Below the pieces are notes generated by a model. It searched no databases, was not told the origin of the DNA, and was given only the letters and a program-made list of their open reading frames with translations. Positions 26,427 to 43,350 of a stretch of DNA of 64,000 nucleotides are shown piece by piece. Position 1 is the first letter of the stretch. Every line of letters starts with the position of its first letter. The DNA lies in NCBI RefSeq assembly GCF_009914755.1, contig NC_060925.1; one strand, written 5' to 3'. Origin of the DNA: the human T2T-CHM13v2.0 reference genome, Homo sapiens. The position numbers and the translations under genes were made by a program.

Positions 26427-27569
26427 GTGAGGACCGAATAGGGCAGGAGGCTGGCCAGGAAGCAAGCAACCAGCTGAGCTGAGGATATCCAAGGGACCTC
26501 AGGCTGTGGGCTGGGCTTCAGGGAGGGAGCCAGAGGGTCAGTGTCCCTAGAGGATCCCCAGGGAAGTGCCAAGGAGGAGAAGGAATGTCCTGGCTGACCT
26601 AAGGGACGACAGAAGATTGGGGAAGAGGGGGTATCAGGAAGAAATGGGTTTCAGTTCAGTTTAACAAACATCTATTGTGTGTTCACTGGGCCAGGCCAGT
26701 GCTAGGTGCTAGGGAGACAGAGGTGAAGAGCCTGCCCTCTAGCAGCTGACAGCCTGGCAAAAAAATAAGACAGGTAAATAGACCATTTGGGTACAGGCGA
26801 TGCCTCTTGCTCTGAAAGTGTCCCAGGCACACGATGTCTGAAGAGGCTGAGAGCAGAGTCAGGGATTGGGGATGGGGAAGGAGGAGGGTAGGAGGAGGGG
26901 AGGGTTGGACATGGGGCCTGATGGGGACTCCAGACAAGGGGGTGTGGAGGTCAGAGTCCACAGGAGAGGGGCCTGAGAGGAAATAATGGAAATGCGGCTA
27001 GCAAACAGCCACTAAATGGACAGAGGAGGGGGTGCCCCCAGAGAAAGTAAATGGGGGGTCCAGACCATGCCAGAATCCATCCTCAGTCCTTCCTAAAGCT
27101 GGAATGGTTGGAATTCCAGAGGAACCCACTGTGGTCAAGACAGTCAGCCCTCAGGCCCCAGCACCAGTACACGGGTTGGCAGGGATGATATCAAGTCCCC
27201 GTGATTCCAAAGCACCTCTGTTTAGTTTGGGAGGGAATGCCAGGGCTGAGAACCTTCCTGGAGCCAGAGGCAAGGAGTAAGGATGCAGATTGTTCTGGGA
27301 TTTACCAAGGGGCTGATGTGAACGTCCCCAACACGGGGCCAGGCTCTTGTTGGTGTTCAGTAAAAGTGGGATGGATCTGACAACTGATAAGGATACGTTC
27401 CCACCCCTCCTGCCCTGGCCCAGCCCTGGCAGCTGATGGGAGAGCAGATCGTCCAATTCAAGCCTTCCTACGGTCTCTTTAGAAGACATGGGCTGAAACT
27501 TGGGGTAATAGAGGTTGGCTGGCATATCCATGCAGGATGATTGTCTTCACATGTATCTATTACCTTGTA

Positions 27570-27770
27570 GAATAAGGTAGACCCTGATTTTGGAACCTGA
27601 AGACCAAAGTGCAAGATTAGCTCTGCTACTTCCATCTGTGGACCATTGGGCAGGTATCTCTGGGCCTTCACTTACTCTTTGTGAAATGAGGACAGGGGCA
27701 ATCCCTACCCTACCAAGTCATTGGGAGTGAAGACATGATGACACGGTGATTGTGAAAAGATTTTGTCAAT
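27570..27770 (+). mobile_element. Degenerate MIR within the probable GJB4 exon 2 5' UTR
   Basis: agctctgctacttccatctgtggaccattgggcagg...ctctgggccttca...tgtgaaatgaggacagggg...cctaccc is colinear with the MIR core. Confidence 0.6.
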
Positions 27771-27784
27771 CGCACCAGCATTAA

Positions 27785-28693
<909 letters not shown>

Positions 28694-28943
28694 CCTGCGA
28701 GATCAGCAGATAAGATCAACAGGTCCCCCCCACATGAGGCCACCCAGGAAAAAAGGCAGGGGCAGTGGCATCCTTGCCGTAGCAGGGTGGTGAGGAGGGT
28801 GGCTGTGGGGGCTCAGGAAGCTCGCCCAGGGGCCAATGTGGGAGGTTGGGGGTAGTTTGGTCCCTGGGTCCTGAGCCTCAGGGGAGGGAGGTTGATAGCT
28901 ACTGGGGATTTTGTATATGGCAACAGTATATGTCAAACCTCTT

Positions 28944-28949
28944 AATAAA
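28944..28949 (+). terminator. GJB4: GJB4 proximal polyadenylation signal AATAAA
   Basis: AATAAA about 250 nt after the stop, with U-rich upstream context. Confidence 0.7.
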
Positions 28950-30340
28950 TATGATTTTCCCAGTACTTTGCAGACCAGGTGGGGAGTGGCCGATAGGAAA
29001 ACGGGGGGCAGGGGGGATTAGGTGGACCTCAGAGAGGATGCCAAGACTACTCAGTGAGCACCTGAGCACTGGAACCTCAGATCCAGGCTCACCCATCACC
29101 CCCCAACACACACAGTGTGTGCCCCCAGAACATGATGGGCTGTGCCCAAAGGCAGAGGCTACTCCAGGGGCCTCTGGGTTGTGCAACCACCTGGCCAAAG
29201 CAGGAGGAGAGGAATTCCAGGAGACCCTGTGCCCAGCAGGAGTCAGTTCTCAGTGATCGTCCATCACAGGAATGAGCGTGGGTTGGGCCTCCCTAGCCCT
29301 GCCCAGCACAGGTCCCGGATAGGTGAGTCCCCTCTGACGGTGGGAGGGTCACGGCTGAGAGCAAGCCAGGGATGGGAATCTGTCAAGGTGCCCAAGAGGC
29401 ACATCCTACAGGCCAGGGCCCACTGAGAGTGTCTGAGCTGAAAGGTCCCTTGTGGATCCTGGAGTCTATGGAATTTCATGTTCTTTTTCACTGATACAAC
29501 TTCCCCATCCCATACTCCCCCACCCCACCACCACTCAGACTTTGGCAACTCCCAGAACCACACCTCCACCCTAACATGCCTCTGAGTCCCACCAAATGCC
29601 CACTAGACAATTCCCTGGGAGGCCCCCAGGCATCTCATACCCGCCACTCCCAAGCTGACCTCATCAGCTCACCCAGACCTGCCCCCTTGAAGATGCCCCA
29701 CCCCATCTCATGCAGGACACAGCTATTCACCCAGCTGCCCAAGCCAGGGGACGAGACAAGCCTGACATCCTTGTCCCTCACACCCCACACCCCCACTGGC
29801 ACCAAATCCCACTGATTCCAGTCCCTAAATGCCACCTGAATCTGCTCTTCCTCTCCTTACAACAACCTAACTACCTCCTGGACCTCCCCCATCTGCCCTC
29901 CGCTACAGGGATGGAGTGATTTATCTGTCTATGCAACTGACCATGTCATTCCACCTGCTTTAAAATTTCTTCCACCATCACCAGCCCCATGCCCTCAGCA
30001 TGGCCCCCGCTGACCTCCCCACCTCATCCCAGCTTCCTCCCCTTTTCTACCTGCAAGTAATACCAAAGGGCTCCTGGTTCCCCAGGCAGACACGTCATGT
30101 GGTGTCATTCCTCGTGCCTTTGTCATGCTATTTCCTCTGGCTAGAATGCCCTTCCCACCCCCTCTGTGATCCTCCCTCGAACCTCTAGGACAGCTTTACC
30201 CATCTCTCTAAGTGCCAGCCTCGCTTGTCCCTCTGCCACTCTCCCCAAATCGGAATTGTCACTTCCCCTGAGTGTCTCCCTATCAGTCTGTGAGCCCTTA
30301 ATGGGCAGGTCACTGAGTCATCCAGGTCCCTGCTGCCTTC

Positions 30341-30346
30341 AATAAA
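30341..30346 (+). terminator. GJB4: Candidate GJB4 distal polyadenylation signal inside an L2/MIR 3' tail
   Basis: caataaatgcttgttagatgagtaaat resembles the L2 3' end. Confidence 0.45.
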
Positions 30347-31399
30347 TGCTTGTTAGATGAGTAAATAGTCTGCTTGGGGGAAGGAACTGAGTCTTGTTCA
30401 TCGGAATCTTCCACCACACCTAGCCTGCGGACTTCAGCAAAGCATTTGTTTGCTTGCTTTGTTTTGTTTTTGTTGTTTCAACTAGAGCCAGCATCAAGGT
30501 CTCACCTTTAGGTAAGCAAACTTGAGTCTAGAAAGGGGAGGAGGCCCTTCAAGACCACACAGATCTGCTGAGTCTGTCAGGGGCTCTGTCCTCTGTGGTC
30601 CACAGGTAGACTCCACACCCACCCCTGATTATGGCATAAGATCGAAGTCACCTGTCTTTAGGGCAGGCTCCCTGGAAGCAGAGCCAGAGGCAGGGGTTTC
30701 TGTGCATGTGAAGGAAGAAGCAAGGGGAGTTGGGGAGGGAGGGGCTGAGCTGAGCAGGGATGCAGACTCAGGGAGATGCAGCCTTGGCCCGACCCCTGTG
30801 GGATGAGGGGGCTTCAGATCATAAGTCTCACCACATTTCAGTCGGTCATTACTTCAGGTGCCCCCAATGGCAGGAGGGTTGGCAGGAAGTGGTAGGTGGC
30901 TCTGGCTCAGTCAAAATCAATTCTTCAGGGGTAGCCATAAGCCATCAGCAGCCAATATTCACAGCATTTGGGGAATGGATTCCCCCAGTAAAGGGGACAT
31001 GGGCAGGGCACCAATGCCATCTACTACACTCCTGACTCCAGGAAACAAGAGTAGCTCCCACTTCCAATCCAGACTAGAGCTGTGACCACCAGCCCAAAAG
31101 AACAGGGTGGCACTCCTGACCAGTTCAGAGCCAGATAGCCCCACATTGCTCAGACCACAGTAGCTCCCAAGTCCAGGCCAGAGGACCCCACGATAGCCAA
31201 TGCCCCCAAGATTCCAGATCCATCCTCCAGGGGCAGCTGCTTGGTCCAGCTTATAGTGAGCTCACTCCAGGACCTGACAGCTCCCATGGCGACCTCTCCT
31301 TGGATGCTCTTCCCAAAGATCTCGAGTCCTGAGCCACTGAGCCAAGTGGGGACCTTCAGAGGAGGCTGCGACTAAGAACTGCTTCAGCCATCAGGCCAT

Positions 31400-34300
31400 T
31401 TATCCTCAATCCCACCCACAATGTCAAGACTCACACTGCTCTCACCACCACTCACACCTGTCCACCTTCACCTTCTTGAAAAATCCCCCTTTGCTTCCTC
31501 TTCTGCCCTCTGTCCTGCCCACATTATTGCCATCTACCTCTCCTCATTCATTGAAGACTGAGCCCATAGCCCAAGGCCTTCTCCTCCTGCTATTCTCCCA
31601 TGATCCAAGGCCTCAGGGGTCACCTGTGCATCACCCTGTCCTTTCTATCCCATGACCACCTTTGCCACAACATTTAGCTACCCACTAGCAGGACCCCACC
31701 CCAGACCTGGTCATCACCCAGAACTGTTTCACCTCTAGAGCCTTCCATTCCTGGAAATATTTGTTCTTTATTATTCACTTTCATGTGAAAGCTCCATATA
31801 AGGTGCTAAGGAGTCATCTGGGAAAAATCAGACATGGTCCCTGACTTCATGGAGTTTACATTCTAGAGAAGAGGACAGCTACCAAACTCATGGCGCACTG
31901 GGGAAGCTGGGGAGAGAGGGAAGAGGATCTAACATCCAGGCATCCAGAAAAAGGCTCCCTGAGACATCTAGAGAAGGAGGATTTTGCCAAGCAAGGAGGC
32001 GGAATTCCAGACAGAGGGGATAGCTTATGCAAAGGGAGAGTATACCTGGTGACAAAGATGGAAAGAACCCAGGAGCTCTTGGGCCAGGTGAGGGGCTCAG
32101 GTAGGAGTCAGGCTGGAGTAGACAGAGGCTGGATCCTTGCAATGATTTCTTTGTAAATCTCTGCTAATGACTTTGGACTTTATCCTGAGGACAATGACAA
32201 GTCCCTAGAGAGATGTAGCACAGAAGTGACATGATCCAATTTGCAATGTCTCTGGATACAATGTGGCGGGGCCAAGGCAGGGCTACCTGTTTGGAATCTG
32301 GTGCAATCGTCCAAGCAAGAAACAGCAATGGCCTGAACTAGGGTGTGCACCTTGGGGATGGAAAGAAGTAGATGGACTTAAGAAATGTTTACAAGATAGA
32401 ATCCAAAAGATGTGATGATTTAATTGGGTGTGGGGATCAAAGTGACACCCAGGTTTCTGGCTGTGAATGGTAGTACCATTTACTTGAGTGGGGAGGTGTG
32501 GATGACTTCAGTTTCAGACATGTTGAATTTGAGATACAAGTAAGATATCGTGGTTTTTCCCTCTCCTTCACGGATGACCTCAGCCCCTCGTTCAGTGTCT
32601 TCCATCTGCTACTACATTTATTAGTAGTGACTCCATTTTCAACACCTTGACTTCTCAGTTCCTTGACTTCCTTGATTTCAACAACCTTTTTATCCACTCT
32701 TCCAACCCACCCACCTGCATGTTCACACCCTAGTTCTGTCTACACCAAGAGCTGCATCATCTCCCATCTATGTGGCTCACCCAACCTGATTCCCATTCCA
32801 GCAATCCTTCTGCCCCATCTACTGACCCACCACTATGTTCCCCCACCCCTTTCCATTCTCCCTGCCCTCCTTTCTCAGCTTAGACTCCACAGTCCCCCAG
32901 ATAATCACCAGCTTGCAGGTGTCCTCCACTCCCTCGCCTTCTCATGCCTCTCCAGTACTTATCTGGCAAGACCCTAACTCCGGTTAAACCCAACTCTCCA
33001 CATGGCACCTGTTCCTGAGCACCTGGAGGATAATACAACTGGACTGACTGGTCTCCATTTAAACTTTTGACCACAAAGTTCAAGTGGACACTCAGCACCT
33101 CTAAGAAATTCTATATTTTCCTAAAACTTTATCCCTACTCCCCAAAATGACTCTATCATGCCTTCTCCTCTTTCCTCAAACCTCCAGACCCCATTCTCCT
33201 AATCCTCCATTTAAGCTGATAGTCAGGCATAACAACGTGCTGGGAATAGAAGCAAAAGGCCAGCTCAACTCAGCCTACTGCTACCACATCTGCCAAACTC
33301 AAAGCATGAGCGGCTGTCAGCCTTGCTCCTCCCCTGTAACGTGGACAAAGCATCCCTGCTCCTGGGACACCCTCCTCCGCTTGGACAATGGACCCCTTCA
33401 CCCCTCACCTACTCTAGACTGTGCTCCACAGTTGGTGCCTCTCTCTCCTGCCTTGCCATTTCCCTTTCTACCAATACACTATAATACTTTCATCTCTCTC
33501 TTTTTTTGAATTCTCTCTTGAAACTCCATTCTTCTCCAGCTGCTACCTCATTGCCAAAACAAAAGTCTCCTATACTTGCTGCCTCCACTTCCTTGTTGCT
33601 TTAACTTGTTCCAGTCAGGACTGCTCTTGTCAATATCCCCAAGGGCCTCCAAGCTGCTACATCCAGTGGTCCATTCTTCGGCCTGGCCTAACTCCCTCAG
33701 CATCACTCAGCCATGAAGAGCTCCCTCCTCAAACATTGTCTCCTCTCGGCTTCCAGGCAGAATCTCTCCTGGCTTTCCTCCCACCTCACTGATGTGTCTT
33801 TCTTGATGTCTTTCAATGCCTCTCCTTCCTCTTCCTAAGCTCTAAACGCAAGATGCCCCAGGGCCCAGTTCTCTACCTTCTTTCCTCCTCTCTATACATT
33901 TCCCCTTCAGTGACCTGATCCAGTACCACCTATAAAACCATCCATAAACTGATGACTCCCACATTGATGTGTTCAGACCTAACTGTTCCCATGAGGGTCA
34001 GACTCCTGTATTCAACTTCTATTGGTCATCTAAAATAGAACTCCTAATTCCCCTAACTGAGAACAGATTTAGTTTTCTCCAGGTTTTCCCCACCTTGGAA
34101 AATGTCATCCCCATCCATCCAGATGCTCAATTCAAAAACCTGGAGTCTGTTTCCTCGTAATCATATTGGCATCATTAGCAAGTTGTGTTGGCTATAATTC
34201 CAAAATACCATATCAAAATCCAAACACTTGGTGACTTCATATCCAACACCCTAGTCTTTCCAAGTGCTTCAGTCCCAGGCGAAGGCACCTCATTTCTACA

Positions 34301-34860
34301 CCTGGACACCTGCAGCAACTGGTCTCCCTGCCTCCACTCTTGTTCCCCTAAAAGTCTTCTTCCACATAGCAGCCTGAAATATCTTTCTAGCACGTCAGTC
34401 AGACCAGTGGAGTCACTCCCTGACTTAAAATCCTCCAAGTGGCTTCCCATCATGGCCAGAAAAATAAATTTAAGCCAAACTCTACCATCGCCTGCAAGGT
34501 CTTATGGGGTCAGGCACTGACTACTGCTCCTGCTCCAAGCCAACCTCCCTTCACTCTCCCCTCTTGCCATGCTCCACCCACACTGGCCTTCTCCCATCTT
34601 GGGGTCTTTGCACCTGTCTCGCTGACAGGGCTCTTCCCCTCCAGATTAACATGTCTGTCTCCCCAGCATTCACATCTCAACTCAGACATCCCCTCTTCCA
34701 GGAGGCCCTTTCTGACCCACCCTCCTCACCCACCACACACTGTCACTCTCCATTATGTGATCTCATTTTATCTTCTTTGTAGCACTTACTAGTATATGAA
34801 ATTTTCTTATTTTTTTACATATTTATTCTCTTTATTGCCTCACTGGGATGAGCTCCTCAA
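31400..34860. mobile_element. Cluster of L2 fragments (mostly + strand, including ORF2 remnants; one minus-strand piece at about 31750-32550)
   Basis: Pyrimidine-rich L2 body and 3' motifs. Confidence 0.65.
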
Positions 34861-34874
34861 GAAGTGGGACTCTG

Positions 34875-35208
<334 letters not shown>

Positions 35209-38200
35209 TTATCCTCTAGCACCTAGAAAAGTGCTTGACACATAGTAGGCACTCAATTAAAATGGGTTGACACTGATGATGGGCACCCAGGAGATGTCTA
35301 GTAGGCTGCTGATGTAAGAGGGAAAAGGACAAGTCAGGAGATATCTATTTGGGAGTTGTCAGCATAAATGCATGAATATAAGACATGATTTTGCTCCAAA
35401 ATTACCCTTTAGGAAGGAAGCCTTTGTCTTTCATTCAAGTCTTTACAAAGTTCCCTGCATTTGCGGGGCATGCTCTCAATTATTGCATTTTGAACAACAA
35501 AACGCTCTTTGGGGAAAACTCATTAGCCCGAAATAACCTCAATCAATGAAGTTTTGGATATTCATGGTAGTTGCTTGGCAGAATCAGAAAAAAAAAAAAA
35601 AGTGAAGGCAAAGGCATTTCACGTATATTGAATCATTATTCCCAAGGGCAGGACTTTACAATTGCAAGGATTGTCTTTGTAAGCAAGCCCATTTTAAAAA
35701 ATCACTTTAAAACAATAAAGGAAGTGGTTATGTTATGGAGATGACAAATACCTACTGGAAGATTTTTTTTATTTATGCAACCTAATGTTAAGCAGCCAGA
35801 CTTTTATGGCAAAGAATAAAATCTCCAGCATCATAAACAGATTCAAAAAGCACTATGTCACAAATAACTTGGGCAGAAATAAAGTTTTTGTGTTTTGTAA
35901 AATGTTGATAACAACCAAAGCTCTAATGATGTAGACTCAGATGTTAGAGAAAAATGTTAAAAATTTAAATAAAATTACTTCATAAAGCATGAGGAGAGAA
36001 AAACTAATACTTCTTACTACATTGTTGTATACAATGTGATTTTTAAAATGTATAACAAACTAAGTTAATACAGTACATTTTATTTCAACCACACTAAAAG
36101 TTTATATATCCAGGTCAGCCCCCACACATTTTTGAGGCTCTCCTCAATGGGAATATGGGGGGTTACCTTTTATCTGGAGACATAATCTGGGCCTCTATGG
36201 TAGTTGGGGGCTTGAGCCTTGGGAGTGGGTAAGACCATACAGAGACTGGGGGAGAGATGAGAAGATACCCTAGGCTGGAGACTTAAAGGTCAAATAACAT
36301 GGGGGAAAGACAGCTCCGGGCAGGGTAAGTAGAGATCATACAAGCCATGGGGGTATGACATCGTAGAGGAGGAAGATGGTGTCGCAGAAGCCAAGAGAAG
36401 TGTTTCTAGAAGGAGAAAGTGATCATCAGAGCCAAACGCTGACATGGGCCAAATCAAATAAGGACTGAAAAGTGTTCGTTCGATTCACAAGATGGTCATG
36501 TGTACCTGTGCAGGAGTATGGGATGTAGAAACCAGGTCCCAGGGCAGTGAAGGGACAGTGAGGGCTGGGCACATGGAAACAGGTGTGAACAACTGGCTGG
36601 TGAACGTGGCTGTGAGAAGAATAGGAAACAAGAGGGTGTTTGTTGGCAGGAGAATGAGGGGACCAGCGAAGGTTTTTTTAATGATGGGAAGTCTTCCTAT
36701 GCTCTGACCACGGCCTCCACCCGACCCCCTCACTTAGCTCCTCCCTCAACACCTGTTCGTGACCCCATAGGCACTTCCAGACCTGACCCTGTGTCCTTCT
36801 CTCAATCTACCAGCCTCCCTGCCCTACATTCCCTTCCTTCTGCAGCCAGCCTAGGCCTGAGCTCCACAGTGTCTTTATTATCACCCTTATCTCACATGGG
36901 AGCTGCCTTCCCTACTAGACCACAGGCTCTCTGAGGGCAAGAACAGTATCTGTCTGGTTTGGCAATGTATCCTCAGACCTCGCGCCATGGCCAGTACACA
37001 GTAAAAGGGTAATGAATATTTGCTGAGATGGTGACTAGAATGAACTGCTGTTGCATGGCATACCCACTACCCTCTGCCCCTCCTTCCTTAGCAGAACTCC
37101 AGGCCCCAATCAATCCAACGGGGCTTTTCCATCTCTCCACCCTGTGTTGGACTCTGCTAGAGTAAACCACCCAACCAAACAGAGTGAGGCCACTGCAAAT
37201 TCTTGCTCTCCCACCTAACCTGGGCGCTCGGTGCCACCTGACGAATTCTGCTTTGGTCTCTCTGCTGTTGTACATGGTGGCAGTTTCCTCAATTTCTCCA
37301 TTCTCCTCAAACTTTCTAGCACATTCCATCTTATTTACATCCTATTTCTTAAAGAAAGTAGAAGCTATCTGAGAAGAATGCTCTCCTCTCGACTGCCACC
37401 AAACCTACAGACCAACGCTCATCCACAACCTCCCTCTCTCCTTTCCCGCAGCACAAATGGGTGGGCCCACTGTTAATTCTCTAAATTCCCCACCCGTGCA
37501 TAGGATCCTCTTTCTCTCCCACCTCCTTGCTTTCTTCTGCATCTTTAACACCTACTTCTCTCCTGCATCTCTCAGCATTTAAGCATGCTCAGATCTTTCC
37601 CATCCAAAAACAAAAGCAAAACCCTTCCTTGATCCCACGTTCCCTGCAGCTACCTCCTTACCTCTCTCCTGGCTTTCACAACTGCGCCTCCTGAAACTGA
37701 TGTCTGCACTTACTGTCTCTACTTCCTCACCTCCCACTCACTCACCCACCAGCTATGATCTGTCTCTGTCCTCACATGCCACTCAAACTGCTTTGCCTCT
37801 GCCAAGTTCACCTACGATTCCTTTGTCACTAAGCCCAGTGGATGCTTTCCAGCCCTTGTCTGTGTGATGAGGCATTTAGCAGGGTAGATGGTCTTCCTTC
37901 TTCAGCCTCTCTGCCAGGCCATTGAGTCCTTACTTATTCTGCCCACTCAGCACTTCTCCTGTTCCTCTAAGCTGGGGTTCTAAAGGCACCTGCCAGGCTG
38001 ATGTCCAGGCCCCTTGTCCTCAGGGTGTCCTCTAGGTGAGGCCAATCAGCGTTCTTCCGCAGATCATTTCAATCTTTTCTAAGAGAAGAGTGTCATGGTA
38101 AAACTTGGAAGGGAGGAGCTCAAGCTAAGAGTAACCTTGTGCAAAAGCCCATTAGTGCAAGGAGAGAAGAAAGCCAACAGTTAGAGAGGAGCAGAAGTGA

Positions 38201-38599
38201 AGCAGGCAGGAGAGCAGCTCCAGATGCACCCCAGACCTAATTCCAGGTACCCCTGGGGCCCCAAGGCTCCCCTGCCCTACCCGTGTTTCTATAAACCAAT
38301 GAATTGCCTTCTGTGCCTGGAACTAATTCAAGCTGCATTTCTGTCATTTGCAATTAAGAGTGCTGACTAATACACCCAGGCTTCTGGGACACCATTCATC
38401 TGGTTTTCCTCCCACTGCTCCAGCCGCTCCCTTTCAATCTCCTTCAGCCCACCTCTTAATTAGGAAGGTCCCTGGGGCTCTGTACCAGGCCACCTTCTCT
38501 CCTCAGTCTCCATGCCCTCCCTGGGCGATTACATCCTCTCCCATGGCCTTGACCACCATCTCAACACTGTTGACTCCAAAATCTGTATTTCCACCCTTC

Positions 38600-39550
38600 T
38601 TCTTTTTTAATTTTCATATTGTAATAGAATAGACTTAACATATAAATTGCCATTTTAACTGTTTTAAGTGTACAATTCAGTCACATTAATTACATTCACA
38701 ATGTCGTGCAACCATCACCACTACTTATTTCCAGAGCCCTTTTTTTTTTTTTGAGATGGATCTCGCTCCGTAACCGGGCTGGAGTACAGTGGCATGATCT
38801 CGGCTCACTACAACCTCCGCCCCCCTGAGAGCTGGACTACAGGCATGCGCCACCACACCCAGCTAATGTTTTTGTATTTTTAGTAGAGACGAGGTTTCTC
38901 CGTGTTGGTCAGGCTGGTCTTGAACTCCCGACCTCAGATGATCCGCCTGCCTCAGCCTCCTAAAGTGCTGGGATTACAGGCGTGAGCCAACATGCCCGGC
39001 CTTCCAGAGGCTTTTTATCACCCGCGGCAAGAGCTCCATCTGTACCCATTCAACAATAACCTCCACTCCCCCAGCAACCTCTGGTACCCTTGGTAACCTC
39101 TAACCTACTTCCTGTCTCTATGAATTTGCCTATTCTCAATATTTCAAAAAAGTGGAATCATACCATATTTGTCCCTGGGTGTGTGACTTATTTCACTTAT
39201 AATGTTTTCAAGATTCATCCATATTGTAGCACGTATCAGAACTTCATTCACTTTTATGATTGGGTAAGAGTTCACTGTGTGAATAGACCATATTTTATTT
39301 ATCCATTCATGCACTGATGGACATTTGGGTTGTCTCCACCTTTTGACTATTGAGAACAGTGCTACTAAGAACATTCATGTACAAGTATTTGTTTAAGTTT
39401 CTGTTGTCAATCCTTCTGCGTGAATATCTAGGAGTGACTTGCTGGGCCCTATGGTAATTCTGTGTTTAAGTGCTTGAGGAACTGCCACGCTGTTTCCCAG
39501 AAAGGCTGCACTATTTTACATTTGCACCAACTCACACAAGGGTTCCAATT
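38600..39550 (-). mobile_element. L1M (L1MB-like) 3' fragment containing an internally deleted Alu at 38740-39001
   Basis: Reverse L1 3' motifs; ORF track shows L1 ORF2 C-terminal remnant WRQPKCPSVHEWINKIW; Alu TSD ttccagag. Confidence 0.85.
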
Positions 39551-39854
39551 CCTCTTCTCTTTCCTGAGGCCCAGTCCCACGCATCCAGCTGCCACTGGAC
39601 ATCCAAACACACATGTCTCTCGGGAAACTCAGACCCAACCATAGCAGGGCATCTGGAGGCAAGGGACATTTTGGCTGTGTGAAAACAACCAGTCCTGAGG
39701 CTTTGGGATGGGCTAAGTGCTGGGGATTAGGTGAAGCTTGGGAATGCATGTGGGATGGGGTGAAGCTTCTGTTGTGCACTTTTATCATAATAAGAAATGG
39801 TTTTTAAAGGCCATGTCAAACTGTTCCAATGGCCTTGTCAAAAATGGCTGCTCC

Positions 39855-40333
39855 CACTATTTACAGTAGCAAAGACTTGGCACCAACCCAAATACCCATC
39901 AATGATAGACTGGATAAAGAAAATGTGGCACATGTACACCATGGAACACTATGCAGCCATAAAAAAGAATGAGTTCATGTCTTTTGCAAGGACATGGATG
40001 AACCTGGAAACTATCATTCTCAGCAAACTAACAGCAACAGAAAACCAAACACCGCATGTTCTCACTCATAAGTGGGAGTTGAACAGTGAGAACACATGGA
40101 TACAGGGAAAGGAACATCACACACTGGGGCCTGTCGCTGGGTCGGGGGCAAGGGGAGGGAGAGCATTAGGAGAAATACCTAATGCATGCAGGGCTTAAAA
40201 CCTAGATGATGGGTTGATGGGTGCAGCAAACCACCATGGCACATGTATACCTATGCAACAAACCTGCACGTTCTGCACATGTATCCCAGAACTTAAAGTA
40301 AAATTAAATGAATTTAAAAATAAATAAATAAAT
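39855..40333 (+). mobile_element. L1PA 3' fragment with (TAAA)n tail
   Basis: ORF2 C-terminal remnant TWHQPKYPSMIDWIKKMW and L1PA 3' UTR. Confidence 0.9.
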
Positions 40334-40348
40334 AAATGGCTGCACCAG

Positions 40349-40664
40349 CAGCTTGGATGGAGTGGAGACCATTATTCTAAGTGAAATAACTCAGGAATGG
40401 AAAACAGAATACTGTATGTTCTCACTCATGAGTAGGAGCTAAGCTATGAAGAAGTAAAGGCATGAGAGTGACAGAATGGAGTCTGGGGAATTGGGGGGAC
40501 AGTAGGAGGGGTGAGGGATAAAAGACTACATACTGGCTACAGTGTACACTGCTCGGATGACAGGTATACCAAAATCTCAGAAATCACCACTAAATAACTT
40601 ATCCATGTAACCAAAAACCACCTGTTCCCCAAAAACTATTGAAATAAAATTTTAAAAAAGGAAA
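40349..40664 (+). mobile_element. L1PB 3' fragment with A tail
   Basis: aaaagactacata...gtgtacactgctcgg...tcagaaatcaccactaaa...ccccaaaaactattgaaataaaa. Confidence 0.85.
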
Positions 40665-41339
40665 AAAATGGTTGTGCCAGAACACATTTACAAACATACA
40701 GATCATTTAGCAAACTCCAGGCACGACGACCCTGTTGTTTTCTTCTGCCCCTCCCAATATGCTCCTTTCCTCATCCTTAACAGCTCAGGTAATGGCAAAC
40801 TATCTTATCAGGTGCTTATCAAATTTGTAGAGACAGCGAGGCTGGGAACAATATGGCCCTACAGCTCAGATACAATCTAAGCTCTACGCCCTGAAATCCA
40901 TTGCCATCACCTCTTCAGCCCAGGATCAAGGCACCAAAAGCTCCCACATGGCAGGTGGCAGACTGATTTCAGGGCCTATTGCACACACCTCACCCTAAGC
41001 TGGCTTCCCCAGACATCCTGATGCCCTATACTCTTGCAGCTCAAACCACAGCCAAGCAAAGAGCCTCCTCCCATCCAGAAGGAGGGAAGAAGCTGGATGA
41101 GGACAGACAGACTACTGCCAGCCACGCAACTGACTTGACCCCTGAGCACCAGGGATTCTTACCTGGTGGCAGGAAGGAGGGAGGAAAAATGAGGCTCAGC
41201 CAAAAAAGGCTTCCTGGAGGAGGGCAGCTGGTCAGGGAGGAACTTCTGGAGGGTAGGAGGTGGCGATGCTGAGCTAGAAGGGAACTGATGACACGGCTGC
41301 CATGCACTGGCCTGGGACAGGAGCTTACTATGCTGTGGG

Positions 41340-43350
<2,011 letters not shown>

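Noticed and set aside
39797-40198. 133-aa ORF with L1 ORF2 similarity
   Set aside because: C-terminal remnant of a 5'-truncated L1PA; no endonuclease or RT domain.
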